Of a DNA stretch of 64,000 nucleotides, positions 1 to 9,313 are shown piece by piece. How positions within the stretch are numbered: the first letter of the stretch is position 1; each line of letters begins with the position of its first letter. Origin of the DNA: a virus (taxonomy: Duplodnaviria; Caudoviricetes); the IMG/VR virus record IMGVR_UViG_3300010354_005141, positions 1,143 to 65,142 of that record; one strand, written 5' to 3'. The notes under the pieces were generated by a model. It saw nothing but the letters and a program-made list of their open reading frames with translations. It was not told where the DNA came from and made no database searches. The position numbers were made by a program, and so were the translations under genes.

Positions 1-493
1 CAGCTGCTAATGATGATAAACTATCGATAGAATTAATCAATCCAGGATACTGTACAACTTTACCTGAAGGATCTTGCCCTACTATCTGCACAGGGCTTCC
101 ATTACCTGTATTTTTACCACGTGTATGCCCTAATGCAGGTAAAACGACAGGATATTCTTTTAAAGTTTGTGCTAACACAGTATCTTTGCCAAAACGATCT
201 TTTTCTGGCATTAAGACGTTGAATACAACTAACCCTGCTTCACGTTTATACAAATCTCGAATAATTTCAGCATACAAATCTCTAGGAAACGGCCACTGCC
301 CGTATTTGTCTAAGGTAGCTTCATCTATATTAACTATATGTATAGGAACTTCTTTAGCAGGTTGACTAACAATCAACTGATCAAAATAACGCAATCTAAC
401 TGATTCTACAAAACTAGGGTCCCAAAATCTAATTAGTAATACAACAACAAGTGTAACTAAAGCGGTCCACGGATTAAGCAAGATTTTTTTCAT
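1..493 (-). CDS. CHASE2-domain membrane sensor, 5' part; runs off the window (often fused to an adenylate/guanylate cyclase)
   Basis: Not in the ORF track. Manual translation from ATG 493: MKKILLNPWTALVTLVVVLLIRFWDPSFVESVRLRYFD...IVNIDEATLDKYGQWPFPR...AGLVVFNVLMPEKDRFG. N-terminal TM helix plus the CHASE2 IDE..GxWPxPR motif. The cyclase domain is not visible. Confidence 0.85.
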   Translation of the reverse strand, partial: MKKILLNPWTALVTLVVVLLIRFWDPSFVESVRLRYFDQLIVSQPAKEVPIHIVNIDEATLDKYGQWPFPRDLYAEIIRDLYKREAGLVVFNVLMPEKDRFGKDTVLAQTLKEYPVVLPALGHTRGKNTGNGSPVQIVGQDPSGKVVQYPGLINSIDSLSSLAA

Positions 494-527
494 AGAACTA
501 TCCTATCAATATTAAAGCCTCTATTGT

Positions 528-543
528 TATTTAACCTTAAATA
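528..543. promoter_or_regulatory. Back-to-back TAAATA late-promoter-like motifs
   Basis: TATTTA 528-533 faces the CHASE2 gene; TAAATA 538-543 faces the SpeD-like gene. Confidence 0.5.
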
Positions 544-566
544 GTGCTGTAATACAAGGAGATACT

Positions 567-923
567 ATGTTTTGGGGTTATCATTTAATGTTAGATTGCA
601 GCGGTTGCGACATTGATAGTATTTCTAATAAAGAAGTTATCTATAAGTTTATAAAAGATCTTGTAGAAAAAATTGATATGACTGCACACGGAGAACCAAT
701 TATAGAGCATTTGCTACCCGGTGATCCTAAACAAGGTTATAGCCTTATGCAACTAATTACTACCAGTAATATATGTGCTCATTTTATGGAATTAGACGGT
801 ACTGCTTATTTTGATATTTTTAGTTGCAAAACGTTTGATGTTGAAGCAGCTAAAGCAGTTGTTGATCAGTATTTTAACCCTAAAAAAACTAGAGTGAATT
901 TTATCACCAGACACGCAGATTAA
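567..923 (+). CDS. speD: Pyruvoyl-dependent S-adenosylmethionine decarboxylase-like proenzyme
   Basis: GYHLMLDC, GYS...LITTSNICAHF, YFDIFSCKTFD pattern; AAGGAG RBS. Confidence 0.8.
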   Translation: MFWGYHLMLDCSGCDIDSISNKEVIYKFIKDLVEKIDMTAHGEPIIEHLLPGDPKQGYSLMQLITTSNICAHFMELDGTAYFDIFSCKTFDVEAAKAVVDQYFNPKKTRVNFITRHAD

Positions 924-2645
924 TTATTGACCTTGTGTTACAGTTATTGCTGAACAAGTCATTGTAGCACAATTGTGTGTAATAGAATAAAACTGTTGTG
1001 TAGATCCAGTTTGTGTAGCATTTATTGTAGTAGTTCCGCCACTAAGATCAATCTTAGCCATGTGTCCTGCGTTTCCTGATTGTGTAAGATTTACTGTTTT
1101 ATTACTTCCACTAACAGTAACTTCTGCATAATGATTACCGTTATTGTTTTGATTTATTGTCAGTGAATTATTATTATTATTTACTGTAGCTAGTATACCC
1201 TTATTTCCGCCAGTACTAGATTGTGTAAGATTTACAGTATTATAACTTCCAACAACATCTAACTCAATATAATTCCTTGCACCAATAGATGTACTTGTTT
1301 GTGTTGTATTAGTAATATTGTTATTTCCAGTAACATTAATTTCACTATAACTATGTCTAGTTCCGCTTTGAGAAACTGTAGCTGAGTTATTGTTTCCAAT
1401 TTGTGTTATGATTACATTAGTATCTTGATTTGGCCTTGAGGCAAAATTAGATACCCTAGTGTTAAAAGAAGCATTAGCATTAAAAGGTGTAGCTACAGCA
1501 CCGCAGCACAAATTACTAGGATTAGCAACTGAACCTGAACCAGCATCAGTTGAAGTAGTAGTATTATTAGAATCATAATAAAAAGTAATTTCTGCTATTT
1601 GCATACTGTCATACGGTAATGCACATTGACCAGTACAACCTGCAGGAGCATTACCTGATTTAGTAGTGGGAAAGAAAATATAGTAATATACATAAGCAGT
1701 TGAGTTATTGACTGCGATCATTGGACTAGTCCAAAATCTTGTGTCACTTAAATTTAAAGAACCTTCACTGACTAAAGTCCAAGTAGTTCCATTATTGCTT
1801 GCATAGAGTTTGTAACTTGTTGGATCTCTTGGAGAAAAGTCGTTAGCAGTAGTTAAAGTAAAACCAGTAACCACACGTCCTTGATTTAATTTAACAGTAA
1901 CACCTGCATTAGCTTTATCGAAATTAAGATACTTGGTATTTGGATTATTATCAAACGCTTTGGCAGCATCTTCGCCAGGCGGACTGTTATTACTAGTAGG
2001 ATAATGATTAGTTATCCAAACATTATTTGATATACCTTGATTGTAAATTGCTGTTGGTGCAGGACTTGGTGTGGCATTACTGGGAGTCTGTGTTGCAGTC
2101 TGCCCTGCGGTTAACGGTACTGTAGAATAAGATGCATTAGCATATGTATCAGCCTGTTGTATAGTTGGGTTAAGTGTACCAGTCCAAGATACGCCACTTG
2201 TATTACTCATGCCTGAACTACCACTGAATAATTGCCCTGTGTTATTGTCATTGCCCACAAAGAAAAAATAATCAGGGCCCATGTTGACAATTTTACCTGT
2301 GCCAATAGTGCCAGCTAATGTTCCGTTGCTGTTATAGACTTTACCTTCATAAGGATAACTAGCGTTGCCTGTTAAACTAAACTGAACATATTGTCCTGCT
2401 TGCCATGCCCACTGTCCGTTAGTCCAAGGTATTTTGTACATCGTACCAGGTTGCTTACTGTAAATTTGACAGGTAGTTGTATTAAGACAGGCATTGACAT
2501 TCCACTGACTGTCGGCAATTTGACTTTGACCAAATTTGATATCGGTAAGTGCTGCATGGCCTACTTTGCTAACCAGCAGCATAAACACAGCTACTATTAA
2601 CCATGTCCAGTATTTGTATCTTGCTCCGTATTTTATCTGTTCCAT
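924..2645 (-). CDS. Secreted protein with central F5/8-type-C (discoidin)-like domain and C-terminal curlin-like repeats
   Basis: Signal peptide; AFDNNPNTKYL...FTLTTAND...PTSYKLYASNNGTTWT; C-terminal Q-x-G-x-x-N repeats (ITQIGNNNSATVSQSG). Confidence 0.7.
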   Translation of the reverse strand: MEQIKYGARYKYWTWLIVAVFMLLVSKVGHAALTDIKFGQSQIADSQWNVNACLNTTTCQIYSKQPGTMYKIPWTNGQWAWQAGQYVQFSLTGNASYPYEGKVYNSNGTLAGTIGTGKIVNMGPDYFFFVGNDNNTGQLFSGSSGMSNTSGVSWTGTLNPTIQQADTYANASYSTVPLTAGQTATQTPSNATPSPAPTAIYNQGISNNVWITNHYPTSNNSPPGEDAAKAFDNNPNTKYLNFDKANAGVTVKLNQGRVVTGFTLTTANDFSPRDPTSYKLYASNNGTTWTLVSEGSLNLSDTRFWTSPMIAVNNSTAYVYYYIFFPTTKSGNAPAGCTGQCALPYDSMQIAEITFYYDSNNTTTSTDAGSGSVANPSNLCCGAVATPFNANASFNTRVSNFASRPNQDTNVIITQIGNNNSATVSQSGTRHSYSEINVTGNNNITNTTQTSTSIGARNYIELDVVGSYNTVNLTQSSTGGNKGILATVNNNNNSLTINQNNNGNHYAEVTVSGSNKTVNLTQSGNAGHMAKIDLSGGTTTINATQTGSTQQFYSITHNCATMTCSAITVTQGQ

Positions 2646-3727
2646 TGTCTCACCGTTACAACATTACCGTTAGCGCCAGTTCCAACTTGTCGTTGACTGA
2701 CATCTACATTGTTCACTGAAATATTATAATTTGTAACATCTGTCGTTTCTGATGTTCTTATATGAATAACATTGCCCCTCAAAGGATCGTCATGTTGATA
2801 CCAATTGTAGCCTTTTTCATTTCCACAACTGGTAAAAGGCCAGCAAGGATTAGTAGCTAGTTGAGCAGCAGTAGCAGTTCTTGTTTCTCCTAATTCACCG
2901 CGTAGTGCTTTGTGAATAGTTTCGTCATCAGTAGCAGCTTTTTTCTTAGCGTCTTCTTTTTGTCCATCTTTGGCTACACGTTGTTCATCAGCATTGGCTT
3001 TACTCTTATCTTTCTCTGCTTCTTTCTTTTCTTGTCTTTCTGCTTTAGCAATGGCCACTGCTTGTGGTTTGTTTAAACTACCTTCGCCGCTGGCATTTAT
3101 AATTTGAGGATCTACCCTAACTGGCGGTAATGGAGATTCTTGACTTGTAGATACGTGAGTAGCAAAGAATGGGCTTTCCATACTAACTTTACCGGCATCT
3201 GTAATAACGTCAATAGCTCCGCAAGTACAATTACCAGGAAGTTCTACTCTAGTGGCTTGTTTATCATCTTTGCATGTAGGCAGTAGAACTACAGTGCTTT
3301 CTCCCAATTCACTTACAGTCATAGCAAAATCTGTACCTCTAACTGCTATAGCTGCTGTAGGAGTTTGAATATTAACATTTTTACTGTCTTGTTTGGCTAT
3401 TCCGCCAGATGCCATCCGAACTGTTCCTAAGGTAACACGCATAGCACTTTTACTAGACCCCTTAGGATCATAGACAAAGTCATCTATAACTAATTTACTG
3501 TTTTCTGAAATTTTTGCTGTAGAATTATCAGCAAACGTAATAGTTAATTTAGTGTTAGATCCTACACTGACTGTATCGTTTGCTTCAATAACAAAGTCTT
3601 TGGTTGCTTTAAGATTTTTAGATCCTCTTTTAACTTCAACGGCTGTGCCCTGGAGCTCAGAAATTTTTCCAATGTTTGCCTGAGCTCCAGTTACTATCAA
3701 TAAAGATAACAGCCATGCATATTTCAC
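2633..3727 (-). CDS. FecR-domain periplasmic protein
   Basis: Signal peptide; IGKISELQG, TFADNSTAKISENSKLVID, IQTPTAAIAVRGTDF. Confidence 0.85.
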   Translation of the reverse strand: MKYAWLLSLLIVTGAQANIGKISELQGTAVEVKRGSKNLKATKDFVIEANDTVSVGSNTKLTITFADNSTAKISENSKLVIDDFVYDPKGSSKSAMRVTLGTVRMASGGIAKQDSKNVNIQTPTAAIAVRGTDFAMTVSELGESTVVLLPTCKDDKQATRVELPGNCTCGAIDVITDAGKVSMESPFFATHVSTSQESPLPPVRVDPQIINASGEGSLNKPQAVAIAKAERQEKKEAEKDKSKANADEQRVAKDGQKEDAKKKAATDDETIHKALRGELGETRTATAAQLATNPCWPFTSCGNEKGYNWYQHDDPLRGNVIHIRTSETTDVTNYNISVNNVDVSQRQVGTGANGNVVTVRQWNR

Positions 3728-3728
3728 A

Positions 3729-4409
3729 TCAATTTCCAGTAGTTACAGTTACTGAATTTGAATTGCCTGTAGTTGTAATTGAAACATTTGTATTAATTGA
3801 TCCTGTTTGTGTAACTGAGTGAGTATTACTAGTTCCAGTAACTGCTGCTACTAGATGATGTCCTGTGCCACCGCTGGCGCCCGACATTACACTAGTAAAT
3901 GTGTTGCTATCACCTGCAATTGTAATACTACTAGTACTATTACTTGTTGTGATAGTCTGTGTAACTGCATTGCTATCACCGGTAATACTTAGAGTATTTG
4001 TAATTGCAGAACCTTTAATGGTGCTAGTCACAGTGTTTAAATCGCCAAGTATTGTCATTGTACTAGTTACATTAGTACAGGCGGTTGTACCGTCGCCACA
4101 AGTAAAAGTAATCTGATTAGTATCACCGGTTACAGTTTTAGAAATCGTATTACCACTACCTACCACTATATAATCTACAATATTACTATCACCAGTTTGA
4201 GTAACTGATAAAGTATTATTTGATCCTGTAATTTTACTTTGATTATTAAGTCCAGTATTACCTACTCGGTTAGTGCTACCAACCTGAGTTATGGTAACTG
4301 TATTGCTACTACCTGCCTGCTCAATATAGACTTTGTTATCAGCCCACGCTCCTGAACCGGCAAATAGAGCAGCAATAATCATTGCCATTCTATAACTATT
4401 CTTAATCAT
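3729..4409 (-). CDS. Curlin-repeat (CsgA/CsgB-like) secreted protein
   Basis: Signal peptide followed by N/T/S/G-rich repeats of about 11 aa (IEQAGSSN, ITQVGSTN, VTQTGDSN); lies downstream of csgG. Confidence 0.75.
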   Translation of the reverse strand: MIKNSYRMAMIIAALFAGSGAWADNKVYIEQAGSSNTVTITQVGSTNRVGNTGLNNQSKITGSNNTLSVTQTGDSNIVDYIVVGSGNTISKTVTGDTNQITFTCGDGTTACTNVTSTMTILGDLNTVTSTIKGSAITNTLSITGDSNAVTQTITTSNSTSSITIAGDSNTFTSVMSGASGGTGHHLVAAVTGTSNTHSVTQTGSINTNVSITTTGNSNSVTVTTGN

Positions 4410-4429
4410 TTTTCGCTCCTTGAACTTTT

Positions 4430-4585
4430 TTAGTTCTTGTTGTTTTTTAAGTTCTTATCTTCTTTCAGTTGAAGATTTACTTCTTCCTTTATTTCTTTTA
4501 AGATCTTATCAGTCATTGGACTTAGCCTATAGGGCTGTGTTTTTTGAGGTTCTCTCGCATGTGGTTTTCTTTTAAACCAACTCAT
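4430..4585 (-). CDS. Small basic hypothetical protein (51 aa)
   Basis: Below the ORF-track cutoff; MSWFKRKPHAREPQKTQPYRLSPMTDKILKEIKEE...; ATGA overlap with the csgG stop. Confidence 0.55.
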   Translation of the reverse strand: MSWFKRKPHAREPQKTQPYRLSPMTDKILKEIKEEVNLQLKEDKNLKNNKN

Positions 4586-5388
4586 TTCTTCTCCTCAGAC
4601 TTGAATGCCCAATGTCCTTTTCGCTCTCCCTCTTTTATCATTTCTATTACAGCAGCATGAATTGCCAACTGTACTGCTCGGTTCATAGATTCATTAGTTG
4701 CTGAACCAGTTTCTAGCTCAAGACTTCTAGTTCCTGCATCCATGAATCTTAAAACGCCTGCTTTGTCCATAAAACTGTAAACAGTTTTACTGACATTAAC
4801 ACTGGCCAATACTTCACCAGTGGACACACTGACAGCTCTTAAACTTATAGTTACTTCATCTTGACGGTATTCTGTAGATGCTCCAATTCCTAACAATCTT
4901 GCACCACTTCCTCCGCTAAGTGTATTACTGTCATAACCAATAATGCCGCCTTCTAGCAGCATACCGGCAAACAACATAGGAGGTAAAGGCTGAGCTTTAT
5001 CTCCCTGATATAGTTCACGCATTTGACGTATCAATTGACGTTCTTTAATCAAATTATCTAAGCCGCCACGTTCAAGGACTTTGAACCATTGGCCGCTGCC
5101 TACTTCTTGTAAACTCTTAACAAGATAAGCATCAGCACCCTGTGTCACAGCTGAACTTAGGCTAGCTATAACTTGACTGGCTTTACGTTGTCCAGTCATA
5201 TCTCTAAAATTATATACTGCTACTGTTATAGCGCCCGCTGCTGGAGCTCGTAATTTATTTTCGTCTTTTAGTGTTGGTTTAGTAACAACAGGATCATCAA
5301 ATTCGCGAATGGCGTTACTCAATGTTCCACAACCTGTTAATAGCACAGCAAGTGCTATTGGTGCTATTTTAATTAAGGTGCTAGCCAT
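4582..5388 (-). CDS. csgG: Curli secretion channel CsgG/HfaB-family lipoprotein
   Basis: LTGC lipobox; VAVYNFRDMTGQRK, LSSAVTQGA, WFKVLERGGLDNLIKERQLIR, LLEGGIIGYDSN. Confidence 0.93.
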   Translation of the reverse strand: MASTLIKIAPIALAVLLTGCGTLSNAIREFDDPVVTKPTLKDENKLRAPAAGAITVAVYNFRDMTGQRKASQVIASLSSAVTQGADAYLVKSLQEVGSGQWFKVLERGGLDNLIKERQLIRQMRELYQGDKAQPLPPMLFAGMLLEGGIIGYDSNTLSGGSGARLLGIGASTEYRQDEVTISLRAVSVSTGEVLASVNVSKTVYSFMDKAGVLRFMDAGTRSLELETGSATNESMNRAVQLAIHAAVIEMIKEGERKGHWAFKSEEKK

Positions 5389-5831
5389 CCGAAGTCTCCT
5401 ATTGGTACTGTTAGTGTTGTAAGATTTCCATCTGCATCTCTAATGGTTATTTCAATCATATTACCATTTTTAGTGTAAGTGATTGTGCCGCCGTTAAATG
5501 CAAAAGTTCCTGTGGCCTGAGCGCCTTGGCCTTCGAATAGCTTTTCGGTAATTTGTCTAGCTAACTCATTATAGACTCTTGACTCAAGATTGGCTACGAA
5601 TTTAGCCATTGTAGTATTTTTAGCATCTTGCTCTGCTTTTAAAGTTTCGGCTTTCTTTTCAGCAGCAAGAGCTAGCTTACGACTAAGTTCTTGTGAGTAA
5701 ATTGTTAGTGTATGCGAGCTATAACCTATACCAGAAAAACTAGGGCTATTAAATTGATGCACTAGTTCGGCAGATTGTGCTGTAGAAATAGCCGAAAGCA
5801 ATACAGCTATTGTTAATAATTTCCTATTCAT
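5373..5831 (-). CDS. csgF: Curli assembly protein CsgF-like
   Basis: Signal peptide then ELVHQFNSPSFSG; FVANLESRVYNELARQI; overlaps csgG. Confidence 0.85.
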   Translation of the reverse strand: MNRKLLTIAVLLSAISTAQSAELVHQFNSPSFSGIGYSSHTLTIYSQELSRKLALAAEKKAETLKAEQDAKNTTMAKFVANLESRVYNELARQITEKLFEGQGAQATGTFAFNGGTITYTKNGNMIEITIRDADGNLTTLTVPIGDFGWLAP

Positions 5832-5892
5832 CCGATTCGCTCCCGGTTGTCTAGTATTTACCGAGAGCTAATCTAAAGATTAAAGTGTGTTT

Positions 5893-6261
5893 TTATAACA
5901 ATAGGTACCAGACGATAGCAATGTAAGTCAACTGATGTGCCAGTTGATCAAGACCAAATTGATTCCAAAATAATGGTTTGGTGTTGTCTTTGCATCCATA
6001 CTTGACTTTAACAAAATCTATCGTATAGTGCAAAATGCCTTCTATTACTGCTATTATTAAAATAGCCGGTGCAGAAAGATAGTGAAAAAAAGAAAAAACA
6101 AGCAGAGCAACTAGAGTAGTCCAAACGTGATCTAGACTATGACTTATACCAGTGGGGTGTAGCCAAACTCCTTTTTTAACAGTCTGCATGTAAGTCTGTA
6201 TTTTGAAGTCAGCATACCAGTGCTTGATTTGTAATAAAAGTAAAAGTGCTAGTATTTCCAT
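5893..6261 (-). CDS. DUF3307-like membrane protein
   Basis: KHWYADF...HSLDH...HYTID...FGLDQLAHQLTY; paralog at 49500. Confidence 0.7.
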   Translation of the reverse strand: MEILALLLLLQIKHWYADFKIQTYMQTVKKGVWLHPTGISHSLDHVWTTLVALLVFSFFHYLSAPAILIIAVIEGILHYTIDFVKVKYGCKDNTKPLFWNQFGLDQLAHQLTYIAIVWYLLL

Positions 6262-6293
6262 ACGCACTTATTTAGTATAGTATTTCACCTAGC

Positions 6294-7730
6294 TTAAGAA
6301 TATTTCCAACGGGTATTGTTGTAAATTTGAATTGCTTCTGCGCTAGACAGTATTCTTCTGTAGAAAAAACATTCTCCAATATCTACTGCTGTAAAATTAG
6401 TGCCATCATAGGCAAGGTATGCGAATCCTGCTGGAGATGTAACCGGAGTTGAGAATCCGTTAGGAGATCCTGCTACGCCATTAATATACTGTATTACATT
6501 GCCACCACTGGAAACAGTAACAGTAACGTGATACCATGTGTTAGCAGGTATAACTCCGCCTGCTCCGCCATTTGAACTTTGACTGCCTAACGTGAATGCC
6601 CATTGATTCGAAGCGTTAGTTCTTATGGCCCAATCACCGGTATTTCCGGTTGTTGTTTTTCTGCCAAGTATCCATCTTTCTGCGTTGGGCAGTGTAGGAA
6701 ATCTAAACCAAACACCTACACTAAAATTTCCGCCGGCTATGATGCCTAATTTATCTCCAAAAAATCCTTGCTGACTCCCGTTAAAGGAAATTCCAGGTCC
6801 GACTATATTAGCTCCACTGGCAAAATTGGCATTGTTACCATTACCGCTAAGGTCAAAAAAACTAGTGTTACCTGCAATTAAACTACTAGGATTAGAAGCG
6901 TCTAGGTGCATTTCTAGAGGATATGGTATACTATCACCGTAGTTGACTATTCTTCCAACATTTGTACTTGGAAACTGTCTAGTAGTTCCTGGCCAAATAA
7001 TTCTTACGGCACCTGTACCTCCATTAGACACAACACCGCCACTGCTACCACCGCCATATTTTCCTCCAGGAAGACTCGGGCTGCCAAAACCACCACTGCC
7101 GCCACCTCCTCGATATAATGTTACCCCTGCAATTCCACCAGTACCGTTGCCGCCAAGGCCATAGACTCCAACACCTCCACCCCCACCAGCAGGCCCTCCA
7201 CTGACGCCTGCGCCGCCACCACCTCCTCCGCCTGCGCCGGCTGTCCCGTTACCGCCTGGTGCTCCTCCAGTGCCGCCGGTTCCACTATATCCGCCAGCAC
7301 CTCCGCCGCCACTACTATTGCTGCCGCTGCCACCGTTTCCGCCAGCACCACCTGTACCAGTTACAACCGATCCTCCGGCACCACCGGTATTGCCAGTAGC
7401 GGCCAGGCCACCACCTGCAAAGACAATTATTGTGTTCGGAGGATTAGCTAGTAAAACAAAGCTGTCTGCACCACTAGTTGCTACATCTATATTATAAACA
7501 TCTCCGGGAGTAACTGAAAAATTATTAGCATATGCTAATGCGCCTCCGCCTCCGCCACCGTTGATGACGGCACTGGTAGTGCTGCCGCCACCTCCGACAG
7601 CAACTGCACTAATCGATGTTACTCCTGGAGGAACTGTCCAAGAATATGTTCCGGGTGTATCAAATAATACTTCCCCGTGCGGACAGCTAGTGATAGTTAC
7701 ATTATCAAATTGAACGCCATCTATCTTCAT
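6294..7730 (-). CDS. Glycine-rich virion/fibre protein with C-terminal LamG/concanavalin A-like domain
   Basis: PGTYSWTVPPGVTSISAVAVGGGG; long Gly-rich tract; LDAS...DLSGNGNNA...WYHVTVT...YINGV...YRRILSSAE. Confidence 0.75.
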   Translation of the reverse strand: MKIDGVQFDNVTITSCPHGEVLFDTPGTYSWTVPPGVTSISAVAVGGGGSTTSAVINGGGGGGALAYANNFSVTPGDVYNIDVATSGADSFVLLANPPNTIIVFAGGGLAATGNTGGAGGSVVTGTGGAGGNGGSGSNSSGGGGAGGYSGTGGTGGAPGGNGTAGAGGGGGGGAGVSGGPAGGGGGVGVYGLGGNGTGGIAGVTLYRGGGGSGGFGSPSLPGGKYGGGSSGGVVSNGGTGAVRIIWPGTTRQFPSTNVGRIVNYGDSIPYPLEMHLDASNPSSLIAGNTSFFDLSGNGNNANFASGANIVGPGISFNGSQQGFFGDKLGIIAGGNFSVGVWFRFPTLPNAERWILGRKTTTGNTGDWAIRTNASNQWAFTLGSQSSNGGAGGVIPANTWYHVTVTVSSGGNVIQYINGVAGSPNGFSTPVTSPAGFAYLAYDGTNFTAVDIGECFFYRRILSSAEAIQIYNNTRWKYS

Positions 7731-9310
7731 ACTCTAGATGTTGTTACCGAAGATGGTTCAACAGGTTCTTCTTGTTGATCTACAGGTGCCATTGTAGTAC
7801 CCTGTAGTTTATTAACTTTGGGGCCTTTTAATATACTAGGCACCACCGGTGCTTCTGGTTCTTGAGTTTGCTGTTGTGGTTGCGGAGCTGGTGTTGCCTG
7901 TACTGTTGGTTTTTGTTTCACTGACATGGTAGTTAATTCGGCTAATAATGGCTCCATGGTAATCGCATTCCAAATCTTCTTGTTATCCCCAGTTGCATGA
8001 TAACCTAACTTAATTAAACTCTTTCCTGAATTTTTATCAAAAATGTTTATTTCAGGTCTAGGTTCCCAATTATTACTAGTACCTTCTCTATAAGAAGCAG
8101 TAAGATCGATATTTTGTGCTATTAATTTTTGTTCCAAATTTCTAAAGCTATGGACAGTACTAACACCTTTTCTTCCTAGTTGTACTAATCTAACATCCGG
8201 CTCACCTTTAGTAGCATGATGTAATATAACATTAGTAATCCTTGAAATTACTCCCGCTGCTGCTCTAGCACTTGTTCCTTTTAACTCTGATTTAAGATGT
8301 GCTGCTGCTTGTTTATAAGCTTTAACCCAAAATTCAACTTTGCTCTTAGGGGCTCTTTTTGGTTGATCTATAGGTACGCCAAACGGTCCAAAGAAGTTTA
8401 CAGTGCTTTGCCATACACCTTTAGTACTAGTAACATCTGAAGTTAGCGACCCTGCTCCTTGTTGGCCAAATTGGCTACTACCAGCTTTTAGACTTAGCTT
8501 AAGATGTTTTAATGGTTCTACAGTTCCGTCGACCTTTTTAACAAATGCTTCGATGTCAGTTTTCTTTTCTTTCTGAGCACTCATGCCATCGCTTTTAATC
8601 CAAATCGTATCTACTTTTCCATTTTTATAAAAGTAATTGGCATATCTGTCAATTTGTCCGCTATTAGCATAGTGTACAGCACTTGGTAGCAAAGGTCCGT
8701 AAGTTTCCCAAAATTCAGGACTTTGCATGAATAATTTAGTAGGCTCTCTTACAGAAATAGTAAACTTGATTTCGTCAGCTATAGTACTATTCTTATCAGA
8801 AACTGTAAAGGTATTTTCACCGTTAGCGATAGCAGAATTTAAACAATGAATAACATCTTCATTGGTTATGTCTTCAACATTGTCATGCCCGCGTTTGATT
8901 AGTTTAGCTACAACAGCAGCACTTAATACAGGTTCGGACAAATCTCCTACGTTCTTTTCAGTACTACCTTTTTGTCCTGGTGCGTGTACTAGTCCGCTTT
9001 GTATAGAATTATCTGTTCCTGCAATGGTAAGATAGGTATTATTAGGACGCTTAAAATGGCGTTGAGTAGTTCCGGTGCCAAATTGTACAACTGGGGTTCC
9101 CTTTGGGGGGATTACGCCGTTGGCATTAGACTCTGGTTTAATCCATTCAAGGTCTTCAGTTGGGTCAAATGCTGGAATTTGAGCTGAAATAGCTTGAAAT
9201 AAAGCATTTCCTTTAGCAGAATTTACCCCTACTCTAACTTTATGCCCGTAGGTGTACTTGTCTTTTCTCGTGAAGATGCTAGCTTCTGAAATTACATCGA
9301 TTATTCGCAT
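7727..9310 (-). CDS. Hypothetical protein, possible PD-(D/E)XK nuclease fold, putative head protein
   Basis: N-terminus MRIIDVISE; GDLSE...KTDIE...LSLKA resembles the restriction-endonuclease motif. Confidence 0.4.
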   Translation of the reverse strand: MRIIDVISEASIFTRKDKYTYGHKVRVGVNSAKGNALFQAISAQIPAFDPTEDLEWIKPESNANGVIPPKGTPVVQFGTGTTQRHFKRPNNTYLTIAGTDNSIQSGLVHAPGQKGSTEKNVGDLSEPVLSAAVVAKLIKRGHDNVEDITNEDVIHCLNSAIANGENTFTVSDKNSTIADEIKFTISVREPTKLFMQSPEFWETYGPLLPSAVHYANSGQIDRYANYFYKNGKVDTIWIKSDGMSAQKEKKTDIEAFVKKVDGTVEPLKHLKLSLKAGSSQFGQQGAGSLTSDVTSTKGVWQSTVNFFGPFGVPIDQPKRAPKSKVEFWVKAYKQAAAHLKSELKGTSARAAAGVISRITNVILHHATKGEPDVRLVQLGRKGVSTVHSFRNLEQKLIAQNIDLTASYREGTSNNWEPRPEINIFDKNSGKSLIKLGYHATGDNKKIWNAITMEPLLAELTTMSVKQKPTVQATPAPQPQQQTQEPEAPVVPSILKGPKVNKLQGTTMAPVDQQEEPVEPSSVTTSRV

Positions 9311-9313
9311 AGT

